Below, piece by piece: positions 29,630 through 38,279 of a DNA stretch of 64,000 bases. The first letter of the stretch is position 1. Each line of letters begins with the position of its first letter. The notes under the pieces are model-generated. The model was not told the DNA's origin. It saw only the letters and a program-made list of their open reading frames with translations, and searched no databases. A program made the position numbers and the translations under genes. This stretch comes from an uncultured Oscillospiraceae bacterium (GTDB taxonomy: Bacteria; Bacillota; Clostridia; Oscillospirales; Oscillospiraceae), in assembly GCA_902489545.1 (NCBI GenBank), contig CABUAK010000001.1, positions 31,948 through 95,947 of the forward strand. The letters are read 5' to 3'.

Positions 29630-30663
29630 AAGAGGATATCAAATCCATGACCCTGGAGGAACTCACCGGGGCTTTGGCCCGGCTGGGGGAGCCGGCCTTC
29701 CGGGGAAAGCAGATCTTCTCCTGGCTCCACCGGGGCGCTGCCTCCTTTGAGGAGATGAGCAATCTCTCCAAGCCCCTGCGGGAGAAGCTGGCGGGTCTCT
29801 ACTACATTGATGCCCTCCAGGTGGAACGCAAGCAAGTCTCCCGGCTGGATGGCACGGTAAAGTACCTGTGGCGGCTTATGGACGGCAACTGCATAGAGAC
29901 GGTGCTCATGCAGTACCACCACGGCAATACGGTCTGTATCTCCAGCCAGGTTGGCTGCCGTATGGGCTGTGCCTTCTGTGCCTCCACCATTGGCGGCAAG
30001 GTGCGGGATCTGCGGCCGTCGGAACTGCTGGATCAGGTGATATTTACCCAGCTGGACAGCGGCCTCTCCGTCAGCAACATCGTACTCATGGGGATCGGAG
30101 AACCCCTGGACAATTTGGACAACGTGCTCCGGTTCCTGGAACTGGTGAACCACCCGGATGGGCTCTATATTGGCATGCGCCATATCAGTCTCTCCACCTG
30201 TGGCATCCTGCCGGGAATCCGCCGCCTGGCGGAGGAGGAACTGCAGTTGACACTCAGCGTATCCCTTCATGCGCCGGACAGCGAGACCCGCAGCAGGATC
30301 ATGCCGGTGAACCGGGCGTACGATGTGGAGGATTTGTTTGCGGCCTGCCACGCTTACTTTCAAAAGACAGGGCGGCGCATCAGCTTTGAGTATGCCATGA
30401 TCGACGGCGTCAACGACAGCGACTGGCAGGCGGATCGGATTGTTCAGAAATTGAGGGGGATGCCGGGACATGTGAATTTGATCCCACTGAACGATGTGGC
30501 GGAGAGTCCGCTGAAGCCCAGCCGCCGCATTCGTCAGTTTCAGGAGCGGCTGGAGAAGCAGGGGGTCACCGCCACGGTCCGGCGCAGCCTCGGCGGGGAT
30601 ATTGATGCCAGCTGCGGTCAGCTGCGGCGAAAGGCCATGGAAGATGGAGAAAGGGAGTGCTGA
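29626..30663 (+). CDS. rlmN: 23S rRNA (adenine2503-C2)-methyltransferase, radical SAM
   Basis: CxxxCxxC-type motif (CRMGCAFCAS) and C-terminal CGQL. Confidence 0.9.
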   Translation: MKEDIKSMTLEELTGALARLGEPAFRGKQIFSWLHRGAASFEEMSNLSKPLREKLAGLYYIDALQVERKQVSRLDGTVKYLWRLMDGNCIETVLMQYHHGNTVCISSQVGCRMGCAFCASTIGGKVRDLRPSELLDQVIFTQLDSGLSVSNIVLMGIGEPLDNLDNVLRFLELVNHPDGLYIGMRHISLSTCGILPGIRRLAEEELQLTLSVSLHAPDSETRSRIMPVNRAYDVEDLFAACHAYFQKTGRRISFEYAMIDGVNDSDWQADRIVQKLRGMPGHVNLIPLNDVAESPLKPSRRIRQFQERLEKQGVTATVRRSLGGDIDASCGQLRRKAMEDGEREC

Positions 30664-30664
30664 T

Positions 30665-31414
30665 ATGGTAAATGTGTGGGGCATGACCGATATCGGTCTT
30701 GTACGGAAGGAGAACCAGGACGCCTACCTGGTACAGACCAGCGAGGAGACCGGGCATACCATATGCGTGGTGTGCGACGGGATGGGCGGCCCCAAGGGGG
30801 GAAAGCTGGCCTCCCGCCTGGCAGTGGACATCTTTGTGTCCTCCTGCCTGGGCAACCTGCGCCGGGATATGACGGCGGAGCAGGTGCAGGAGGTGGCGGA
30901 TTTTGCCATCACCACCGCCAACAGCGCCGTCTATGAGCGATCCTGTGAGGACCCGGCCCTCCACGGCATGGGGACTACGCTGGTTTCCGCCATCACCTGG
31001 GGGGGGGAGTCTCTGATCTCTAATGTGGGGGACAGCCGGGCGTACCTGATCCGAGGCGGGGAGGGGGGCGGTCTCAGCCGCGTCACCAAGGACCACTCCC
31101 TGGTGGAACGGCTGGTGGATATGGGGAATATCACCGCCGAGGAGGCCCGCAGCCACCCGGACCGCAATTTGATCACCCGTGCCCTGGGGCCGGAACGGGA
31201 GGCCATGGGGGACAGCTACCGGGTGTCCCTGGCCGCCGGAGACTTTATCCTTCTCTGCACCGACGGCCTTATTGAGACTGCCACGGATCAGGAGATGGAG
31301 CGGGAGGTGCTTAGCAGCGCCCCCATCAACACCTGTTTAGACCGGCTTTTGGCCATCGCCAAGGAGCGCGGCGCCGCGGACAATGTCACCGCCGTGCTGC
31401 TCCAGCAGCTGTGA
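30665..31414 (+). CDS. prpC: PP2C-family Ser/Thr phosphatase (Stp/PrpC)
   Basis: GMTDIGLVRKENQDAY...CDGMGG motifs; sits upstream of the PASTA kinase. Confidence 0.85.
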   Translation: MVNVWGMTDIGLVRKENQDAYLVQTSEETGHTICVVCDGMGGPKGGKLASRLAVDIFVSSCLGNLRRDMTAEQVQEVADFAITTANSAVYERSCEDPALHGMGTTLVSAITWGGESLISNVGDSRAYLIRGGEGGGLSRVTKDHSLVERLVDMGNITAEEARSHPDRNLITRALGPEREAMGDSYRVSLAAGDFILLCTDGLIETATDQEMEREVLSSAPINTCLDRLLAIAKERGAADNVTAVLLQQL

Positions 31415-31457
31415 TGGACACTCCCGGCAAGTACCAAGGAAGAGAGGACACCTGACT

Positions 31458-33428
31458 ATGGAACGATACATAGGAAAGATGCTGGACAACCGGTACGAGA
31501 TTCTGGAGGTCATCGGCACAGGCGGCATGGCGGTGGTATTCAAGGCCAAGTGCCACCGGCTCAACCGCTTGGTGGCCATTAAGATGCTGAAAAAGGATCT
31601 GAGCGAGGACGCGGAGTTTCGCCGCCGGTTTCATGATGAGTCCCAGGCTGTCGCCATGCTCTCCCACCCCAACATTATGGCGGTGTACGACGTGAGTCGG
31701 GGCGGCGACATGGACTATATTGTCATGGAACTGATCGATGGCATCACGCTGAAACAGTATATGGAGCGCCGGGGCAGGTTGAATTGGCCCGAGGCCCTGC
31801 ACTTTATTACCCAGATCATGAAGGGACTCAGCCACGCCCACAGCCGTGGCATCATCCACCGAGACATTAAGCCCCAGAACATGATGGTGCTTCGGGACGG
31901 CACGGTGAAGGTGACGGACTTCGGCATCGCGTGCCTGTCCAACGGGAGAAGCCCCTCCAACGAGGCTATCGGCTCCGTCCATTATATCTCCCCTGAGCAG
32001 GCAAAAGGAGAGTACACCGATAACCGCAGCGACATCTACTCCGCCGGCGTGGTGCTCTATGAGATGCTCACCAGCCGCCTGCCCTTTGATGGCTCCGACC
32101 CGGTGTCCATAGCCATCCAGCACTTTTCCGCCGTACCGCTCAGCCCCCGGGAAATTGATCCCGACATTCCTGAGGCTCTGGAGCAGATCTGCATGAAGGC
32201 CATGGCGGCGGACCGGAATATGCGCTACGCTACCGCCGACGAGATGCTGGCGGATCTGGATGCTTTCCGCAAGGACCCCAGCGTCAGCTTCGATTACACG
32301 CCGGCGGATTTGCAGGCAGAGCGGGCGGCCGACGACGAGCCCACCCAATATCTGCCCAACGTGGCGGTGACGCGGTCCCGGCAGAACCCGCACCATGCCG
32401 CGCCGCCGCTGCGGCACGAGGAGGAGGAAGAGGAGGAGCACCACCGCGGGGGCAATTGGTGGAAGATGCTGCTGATGATTGCGCTGTGTGCGGTGGTTGG
32501 CTATTTTGCCGTGACACGCATCTATGACGCCATTATAAGCAGCTTTCCCGTGACGGAGGTGCCGGAGTATGCGGTGCCGAGGGTGGTGGGTAAGACGGTG
32601 GAGGAGGCCTCCGCCATGGAGGAGGTGGTCGGCGTCTTTGCCATCGTGGAGACAACCGCAGTGAACAGCAACGAGTACCCCGCCGGTCAGATTATCAGGC
32701 AGGATCCGGAGGAGGGGCGGATGAAAAAGCCCGCTGCCAATGGCCAGCTGATTCAGATTGATGTGACTGTCAGCCTGGGCGTCCGCTCCGGCGCCATGCC
32801 GGACCTGATCAACGCGGAGGCCCGTACCGCGAAGGTTACACTGGAGCAGGGGGACGACCTGGGTAAGCTGGATCTGAATGTGGTGGAGGGGGAGCCGGAG
32901 TACTCCGACGAGATTGAGGCCGGATATGTGATCCGCACGGTCCCCTCTGTTGGGGAACCGCTGGAGGAGGGGGATACCGTCACTCTGATTATCAGTAAGG
33001 GGCCCAAGATTAAGTCTTCCACCATGCCCCCCTGTGTGACGCTGGATATGGAGGATGTGCAGCGGATGATGGATGAACTGAAGCTGCTGGCTGTATTTGA
33101 GCCCGTGGAGGGCACACAGCCTGTTGGGGAGGTTCTCAGCCAGAGTGTGGCCGTGGGGGAGTCGGTGCCCGAGGGTACCACCGTCACCTTCACCTACAGC
33201 GACGGTGAGAAGCTTATTGAGAAGGTAATCTCCTTCACCGTTCCCGAGAGCAGCGGAGAGGTCTTTGTGGAGATGTTCCTGGATACCACCCAGGTGTTTG
33301 CCAGCGACCTGCCCGGAACCCAGGGGCTGCTGGAGGTTCCCGTCTATCAGAAGGCCGGAAGCTATGAACTGCGCATTTACGTGGATGATGTGTTGGAGCA
33401 CTATGAGGTGATGACCTTCGGTGAATAG
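31458..33428 (+). CDS. prkC: Ser/Thr protein kinase with PASTA domains (PrkC/PknB)
   Basis: Hanks kinase motifs (VAIKML, HRDIKPQN, DFGIA), TM segment, C-terminal PASTA repeats. Confidence 0.9.
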   Translation: MERYIGKMLDNRYEILEVIGTGGMAVVFKAKCHRLNRLVAIKMLKKDLSEDAEFRRRFHDESQAVAMLSHPNIMAVYDVSRGGDMDYIVMELIDGITLKQYMERRGRLNWPEALHFITQIMKGLSHAHSRGIIHRDIKPQNMMVLRDGTVKVTDFGIACLSNGRSPSNEAIGSVHYISPEQAKGEYTDNRSDIYSAGVVLYEMLTSRLPFDGSDPVSIAIQHFSAVPLSPREIDPDIPEALEQICMKAMAADRNMRYATADEMLADLDAFRKDPSVSFDYTPADLQAERAADDEPTQYLPNVAVTRSRQNPHHAAPPLRHEEEEEEEHHRGGNWWKMLLMIALCAVVGYFAVTRIYDAIISSFPVTEVPEYAVPRVVGKTVEEASAMEEVVGVFAIVETTAVNSNEYPAGQIIRQDPEEGRMKKPAANGQLIQIDVTVSLGVRSGAMPDLINAEARTAKVTLEQGDDLGKLDLNVVEGEPEYSDEIEAGYVIRTVPSVGEPLEEGDTVTLIISKGPKIKSSTMPPCVTLDMEDVQRMMDELKLLAVFEPVEGTQPVGEVLSQSVAVGESVPEGTTVTFTYSDGEKLIEKVISFTVPESSGEVFVEMFLDTTQVFASDLPGTQGLLEVPVYQKAGSYELRIYVDDVLEHYEVMTFGE

Positions 33429-34302
33429 AGGCAGGATACGGAAAGCCCTCAGCGGCTTCTACTATGTGGATACGGGGGACGGTGGGGTCATCCAGTGCCG
33501 GGCCCGTGGGAAATTTCGTCAGGATGGATTAAGCCCCCTGGTGGGGGATTGGGTCCAGATCCGGGAGACGGAGCCGGGAACCGGCATGGTCTGGGAGGTG
33601 GAACCCAGGAAAAACGCCTTCGCCCGGCCTGCTGTGGCCAACATCGACCAGTTGGTGGTGGTGGCCTCTGAGGCCGTCCCCGTGACGGATCCCTTCCTCG
33701 TTGACCGGGTTGCCGCCATCGCGGCCCTGAAGGGCTGCGGGGTACTGATCTGCATCAATAAATGCGACCTGGCCTCCGGAGAACGCTTGGCGTCGATTTA
33801 TCGTCAAGCGGGCTTTTCTACCTTGTGCGTCAGTGCTGAAACAGGAGAGGGCTTGCGAGAACTTCGGGATAGAATATCTGGCAAGCTTTCTGCCTTTACA
33901 GGGAACTCGGGCGTAGGGAAATCCAGCATTTTAAATGCGATTGAGCCCGATTTCTCCCTGCAGGTGGGAACTGTCAGCGAGAAGCTGGGGCGGGGCCGCC
34001 ATACCACGCGCCATGTGGAACTGCACCGCCTGACTTGCGGCGCGGAGGTCATCGATACGCCTGGATTTAGTTCCTTTGACGCCCAGGAACTGGACTTGGA
34101 ACTGAAGGAACGGCTGCCGGAGACATTTTTGGAGTTTCGTCCCTATCTGGACCGGTGCCGGTTTGTAGGGTGCAGCCACACCAAGGAGAAGGGCTGCGCT
34201 GTGCTTCAGGCGGTGCGGGCGGGGGAGATTCCGCCCAGCCGCCATGACAGCTATGTGCGCCTGTACCAGGAACTGAAAGATATCGCGGCATGGAAGCGTT
34301 AG
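33421..34302 (+). CDS. rsgA: Ribosome small-subunit-dependent GTPase A (RsgA/CpgA)
   Basis: GTG start overlapping the prkC stop; G-motifs (NKCDL, GNSGVGKSS, DTPGF) and a C-terminal Zn-finger Cys cluster. Confidence 0.85.
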   Translation: MNRGRIRKALSGFYYVDTGDGGVIQCRARGKFRQDGLSPLVGDWVQIRETEPGTGMVWEVEPRKNAFARPAVANIDQLVVVASEAVPVTDPFLVDRVAAIAALKGCGVLICINKCDLASGERLASIYRQAGFSTLCVSAETGEGLRELRDRISGKLSAFTGNSGVGKSSILNAIEPDFSLQVGTVSEKLGRGRHTTRHVELHRLTCGAEVIDTPGFSSFDAQELDLELKERLPETFLEFRPYLDRCRFVGCSHTKEKGCAVLQAVRAGEIPPSRHDSYVRLYQELKDIAAWKR

Positions 34303-34319
34303 CCTCCATGCCGCTTTTT
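34285..34319 (+). terminator. Rho-independent terminator at the rsgA 3' end
   Basis: 10-bp stem gcggcatgga/tccatgccgc followed by TTTTT. Confidence 0.6.
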
Positions 34320-34417
34320 CCGCCGGTGTCTTCGTCACCAACCGCCTGCCGCCGGTATATACTGGAGTACTTCGGGGTAAGGGGGCGATAGGAGTGGGGC
34401 CTGGATGGTGCCGGTGG

Positions 34418-34543
34418 ATGGGGACCTGCGCGCTGGCGCTGGGGATCGGGATCTTGATCGCCGCGGTTTTCCCGGTGGGGGCGCTGCTGTTCCTGGTGGC
34501 GTTTCTTCTGATTGGCTGTGGGTGCGCGTGCCTGCGCAGATAG
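34418..34543 (+). CDS. Possible 41-aa hydrophobic small membrane protein (MGTCALALGIGILIAAVFPVGALLFLVAFLLIGCGCACLRR)
   Basis: ORF not in the track; a single TM-like segment; weak RBS; may be spurious. Confidence 0.2.
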   Translation: MGTCALALGIGILIAAVFPVGALLFLVAFLLIGCGCACLRR

Positions 34544-34556
34544 GAAGGAGGTTTAT

Positions 34557-34631
34557 ATGAAGATCGTTGTGGTCAAATCCCCAAAATTTTTCAGTGGAAT
34601 TCTGCGGAAGCTGTTTGGGATGAAGGAGTGA
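34557..34631 (+). CDS. spoVM: Stage V sporulation protein M (26-aa amphipathic peptide)
   Basis: ORF not in the track; RBS AGGAGG 7 nt upstream; MKIVVVKSPKFFSGILRKLFGMKE vs B. subtilis SpoVM MKFYTIKLPKFLGGIVRAMLGSFRKD; same position (downstream of rsgA) as in the Bacillus order; a terminator follows. Confidence 0.7.
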   Translation: MKIVVVKSPKFFSGILRKLFGMKE

Positions 34632-34660
34632 TTTGTTTTTCAATGAGAGCCCCTGGCGCA

Positions 34661-34689
34661 GCCGCCCCTGCCCGGGGCGGTGTGTTTTA
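34661..34689 (+). terminator. Rho-independent terminator after spoVM
   Basis: ccgcccc/ggggcgg stem followed by a TGTGTTTT tail. Confidence 0.5.
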
Positions 34690-34843
34690 CAGGGTGTGCC
34701 CCCGGGATCCTTTTGCGAGGAAGTCCTGGGAGACTTTTTCGTGAAATGCCGGCATGAATTGCCTCCGCCCCTCATAGATTGGAACCAACGATAGCTTGAA
34801 CATCCGCAAAAGCTTGGATATGCGCTGAGGGAGGACGCCGGAT

Positions 34844-36382
34844 ATGGAACTGAAACTGAAAAAGGTCGGCCACGACTACTTTGAGCAGGTGGCCTGGCCC
34901 AGCTTTTCCTGCGAAACCATGCGGGAGAGCATTGTGCCGGACAGCTGCGCGGATATCGCGCGGATCATCGATACCACCGCTCTGGTCTGTGTCACAGGCC
35001 GGGAGGTAACTGGCGACGGCCGCTTTTGCGCCAGCGGCTCGGTGGATGTGGCGGTGCTGTACATACCGGAAAAGGGGGATGGCCCCTGTTCCCTTCGTTT
35101 CCAATTGCCCTTTCAGGCCTTTGGCGATGGACAAGGGGCGGCGGATTGTGAACTCCTGGATATTCGGGGAGAACTGCGCAGTGTGGATACCCGGGTGCTG
35201 AATCCCCGGAAGGTTCTGACACGGGCGGACATTCTGCTGTACCCTTCCGGCTGCCGCCGGACAGCGCTCTCCCTCTGCACCGATGCGGCGGAGGCCGGGG
35301 ATACCATACAGCTGCTGCGCCGGCAGAAGGAGATCCGGGTGGTGGCTGGCGTCCGGGAGAAGGAGTTCACGTTCCTGGAGGAACTGCCCCTGTCCCCAGG
35401 GAAGGGCGGGGCGGAGGAGGTCGTGTCCTTTCGTCTGGCTCTCCGAAGCACCGACAGCAAGCTGATTGGCAGCAAACTGGTGGTCAAAGGGCTGATTGCC
35501 GCCACCGTGCTGTACCGTGAGGCGGGAAATCGCCTGGGGGTACTGCAGCAGGAACTGCCATTTTCCCAGATTTTGGATGGCGCCGGCTTTGATGAGGAGT
35601 GCGAGAGCGAGGCGGTTTACCGCCTGTTGAGCGCCGAGTGCCGGGTAGGCGGAGAGAACAGCCCGGACGACAGCCATCTTTTGACGCTGACGCTGCTGCT
35701 GCGGGGCAGGGCTACCCTGTACCGCCGGGAGCAGGTAGGGTTTATCGCGGATCTGTACAGCACGGCGGCGCCGGTCAATTGCCAGACGATGGAGATTGAA
35801 CTGTGCGAGGACAGCCAGCGCCATATCCGCCGCCAGAATATGCGGGAACTGCTGGAGACCGGCACACCGGTGAAAGCGGTAATCGACACGGAGGTGTGCT
35901 GCTGCGGCGTCCAGTGGACCGGAGACGGTGGGGAGCGGACGCTGGAGATCCCTGTCTGGGCCAGATGCCTGTATCTGGATGAGAACGACAGTCTGCGCAG
36001 CGCCCGGCGGGATTTTACCATCACCTGTCCTGCGGAACTGCCGCCGGAGTGTCAGGCCACGGCGGAGGCCTGCTGCAGGGGGGACGTCATGGCCAGCATC
36101 ATGCCGGACGGTGTGGAACTGCGCTGCGCCCTGGAGTGCGCCATCGATGCCTCCCGCCGGGGCCGCTATGTCTGTGTCAGCGGCGGCGAGACGGAGGAGG
36201 AGGGGGAGCGGCCCGGCGAGATGCCCTCTCTGATTCTGCGGAAGATTGGGCGGGAGGAGACTTTGTGGGCGGTGGCGAAGCAGTACCGTACCACTTGCCG
36301 GGCCATTCTGGATGTCAACGAAATAGCCGACGAGGAGCATATCCCCCTGGACCGGCTGCTGCTGATTCCCAGGGCCCGATAG
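34844..36382 (+). CDS. DUF3794-type protein with a C-terminal LysM domain (SpoVID/SipL-like spore-coat morphogenetic protein candidate)
   Basis: C-terminal LysM (ETLWAVAKQYRTTCRAILDVNEIADEEHIPLDRLLLIP); long N-terminal region resembles the DUF3794/SpoVID N-domain; adjacent to spoVM. Confidence 0.55.
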   Translation: MELKLKKVGHDYFEQVAWPSFSCETMRESIVPDSCADIARIIDTTALVCVTGREVTGDGRFCASGSVDVAVLYIPEKGDGPCSLRFQLPFQAFGDGQGAADCELLDIRGELRSVDTRVLNPRKVLTRADILLYPSGCRRTALSLCTDAAEAGDTIQLLRRQKEIRVVAGVREKEFTFLEELPLSPGKGGAEEVVSFRLALRSTDSKLIGSKLVVKGLIAATVLYREAGNRLGVLQQELPFSQILDGAGFDEECESEAVYRLLSAECRVGGENSPDDSHLLTLTLLLRGRATLYRREQVGFIADLYSTAAPVNCQTMEIELCEDSQRHIRRQNMRELLETGTPVKAVIDTEVCCCGVQWTGDGGERTLEIPVWARCLYLDENDSLRSARRDFTITCPAELPPECQATAEACCRGDVMASIMPDGVELRCALECAIDASRRGRYVCVSGGETEEEGERPGEMPSLILRKIGREETLWAVAKQYRTTCRAILDVNEIADEEHIPLDRLLLIPRAR

Positions 36383-36451
36383 AATTCATCGTCCTGCAGA
36401 AGGAGAGAGGCGTGGCCTCAATGTCATTTAGTTAAGCCTTTTACCGAGCGC

Positions 36452-36497
36452 AAAAAAGTACCCACCCTGTTTTGAATCGGGTGGGTACTTTTTGTTG
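36452..36497 (+). terminator. Rho-independent terminator after the LysM gene
   Basis: A-run, 10-bp stem agtacccacc/ggtgggtact, then TTTTGTTG. Confidence 0.65.
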
Positions 36498-37002
36498 CGG
36501 TAATAAGCCGTGTTATAGACAATACCACTTTTCATATCACACATTTTGGCAAGTCAAGAGTGTATTCGTTCGACAAGCTGAAATTTATTTTGATGAAATC
36601 CGCTTATCAATTTGGTAAAAAAGTTCGCCCAACACCCAACACGCTACGAAAAAGGCAGTCACAAAGTGCCCACCTCTTAAAAATCTATCCCCGCCATTTT
36701 TATATCATCGTCAAGGCTTGTTGAAATATTGCAAAGAGCATTTACTGCCGCCTGTCGGTAAGAAAACAGGCAGATTTCCGTTGCATCTGCACGACTTGTT
36801 GAGATTTGACCTGTATCATTACCATTTACTTTGCATAAATGGTTGACCAAGCGAACTGCCTCCTTGCGGTGTACGCCCCTGCAAACCCGATGCGGTGCGA
36901 TGCGGCAACAATGGTTAAATTAGCACAGAAAAAGGAAATTCCAATCACTTTTATTATACCGGATACAGGAAAAGTAGAGCATTCCTAAAGGACTCTGTTT
37001 TG
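36498..37002. other. AT-rich (about 35-40% GC) stretch with no ORF, at a compositional boundary
   Basis: No ORF of 60 aa or more in any frame across roughly 620 bp, while the flanking core is about 65% GC. Confidence 0.5.
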
Positions 37003-37060
37003 ACAACAAAAACCCCAGCAGGAACTACGGCAAACAAATGTGCCATAGTCCCTGCTGGGG
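37003..37060 (-). terminator. Terminator for the minus-strand GntR gene (long hairpin)
   Basis: 10-bp stem ccccagcagg/cctgctgggg with an extended imperfect inner stem; an A-run on the + strand gives a U-run on the minus-strand transcript. Confidence 0.5.
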
Positions 37061-37119
37061 TTAATAAAAACGATGTGTCACAAATATAGGCGTTTTGGGG
37101 GGACGCGAAGGTCCGCTTC

Positions 37120-37854
37120 CTAGGCAGGGGACTTTTCGGGCGTTACCAGTGGCAGATCAACCCGAAACGCGTATTTGTCACCTCGGACGATAGACTTTGT
37201 ATATTCGATCAGCATATCACCCTCATAACTGTATCGTTCCAAGAGAGTGCAAGGAATATCGGATAAGATGTGCAACAGCGTCTTTTCCTCTAGACGAGGC
37301 ATGACCGGTTGGAATTTCTCTACCGCTCTGTCGGCATGAAAACCATATCTATCGCGAAGAAATTCATACAAGGAACCGTTTGAAAGAATGTCAGTATCCA
37401 ACGATAAAAACCGTGCCCGCGGCAGATAGGTCACTTCCAGCATCAAGGGATATTCTCTCGCGGACCGCAGCCGCACGAGCCTGTGGAACCGGGTACCAAT
37501 CGGATAACCGGTCTCATGTTCCAAGGCGGCATCTGCTTCCACCAAGTTACAGCTGATTACTCTATTCTGGATAATAATATCCACGCTTTTAAGCATGTCC
37601 GTAAAGGAATAGAAGCCAGATAAAGGCTGCGTAAAGAGCCGAGGTTTGATATAAGACCCTGTTCCATTAACCGTTTCTATAATTCCAGTCGCTTTCAGTA
37701 AATCGAGAGCCCGTCGAACAGTTGACCTGCTTACATTATATGTTTTGCACAATTTGTCTTCTGAGGGTAAGGGAGAATTTTCCTGGTAGACTCCTCGCTG
37801 TATATCAGCCAGAAGTTTTTTGTAAATAGTGACAAAAAGGGACTCGTTTGCCAT
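37120..37854 (-). CDS. GntR/HutC-family transcriptional regulator with a UTRA effector domain
   Basis: wHTH (SEDKLCKTYNVSRSTVRRALDLL) plus a C-terminal UTRA domain; about 42% GC; RBS GAGGAGG. Confidence 0.85.
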   Translation of the reverse strand: MANESLFVTIYKKLLADIQRGVYQENSPLPSEDKLCKTYNVSRSTVRRALDLLKATGIIETVNGTGSYIKPRLFTQPLSGFYSFTDMLKSVDIIIQNRVISCNLVEADAALEHETGYPIGTRFHRLVRLRSAREYPLMLEVTYLPRARFLSLDTDILSNGSLYEFLRDRYGFHADRAVEKFQPVMPRLEEKTLLHILSDIPCTLLERYSYEGDMLIEYTKSIVRGDKYAFRVDLPLVTPEKSPA

Positions 37855-37918
37855 CCTATTTCCTCCTCAAAAATCTTCCTGCAAAGAAAGCCGCGGTTAT
37901 TTCATGGGACAACGGTGG

Positions 37919-37964
37919 TCGTGAATGCGATTCGCATTCACGTGATAGGGGGTACCCCCTATCA
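37919..37964. promoter_or_regulatory. Two adjacent perfect palindromes (operator candidates) in the divergent GntR/kinase intergenic region
   Basis: cgtgaatgcgaTtcgcattcacg (11-bp arms) then gtgatagggggTAccccctatcac (11-bp arms). Confidence 0.4.
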
Positions 37965-38108
37965 CGAATCTTAGCTGACAGAGAAATCTATACAGATGCT
38001 ACGTGGAGATAACCTCAGTTCTTGGCAGATTGACCAATAACAACCTTGCCCTTTAATATACTGCCGACAAATTTGCCTGTCAAGCCTTTTTGCGACACCG
38101 CCCCAAAA

Positions 38109-38180
38109 GAGATACAGGTTGGCTTAGCTGTATGCTCAAATTTGAGATACCTGTATCTCAATCAGGCCCACCTGTATCTA
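38109..38180. promoter_or_regulatory. Three copies of an ACCTGTATCT motif (one inverted) upstream of the sugar operon
   Basis: agatacaggt at 38110-19; acctgtatct at 38149-58 and 38170-79; about 100-170 bp upstream of the kinase start. Confidence 0.35.
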
Positions 38181-38279
38181 AATGACCAAATCGGTTGACT
38201 TTTTCAGTTGAAATCTGTACGGTATATACAAAGGCATACCCCAAGTACCATAAGAATTCGGTAAAATGGAGGTTCGGCC

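Noticed and set aside
31386-33401. 671-aa minus-strand ORF opposite the PASTA kinase gene
   Set aside because: Antisense artefact; the kinase on the + strand carries full Hanks motifs.
34335-34775. 146-aa minus-strand ORF covering the spoVM region
   Set aside because: Antisense to the spoVM gene, which has a strong RBS, and to its terminator; low-complexity translation.
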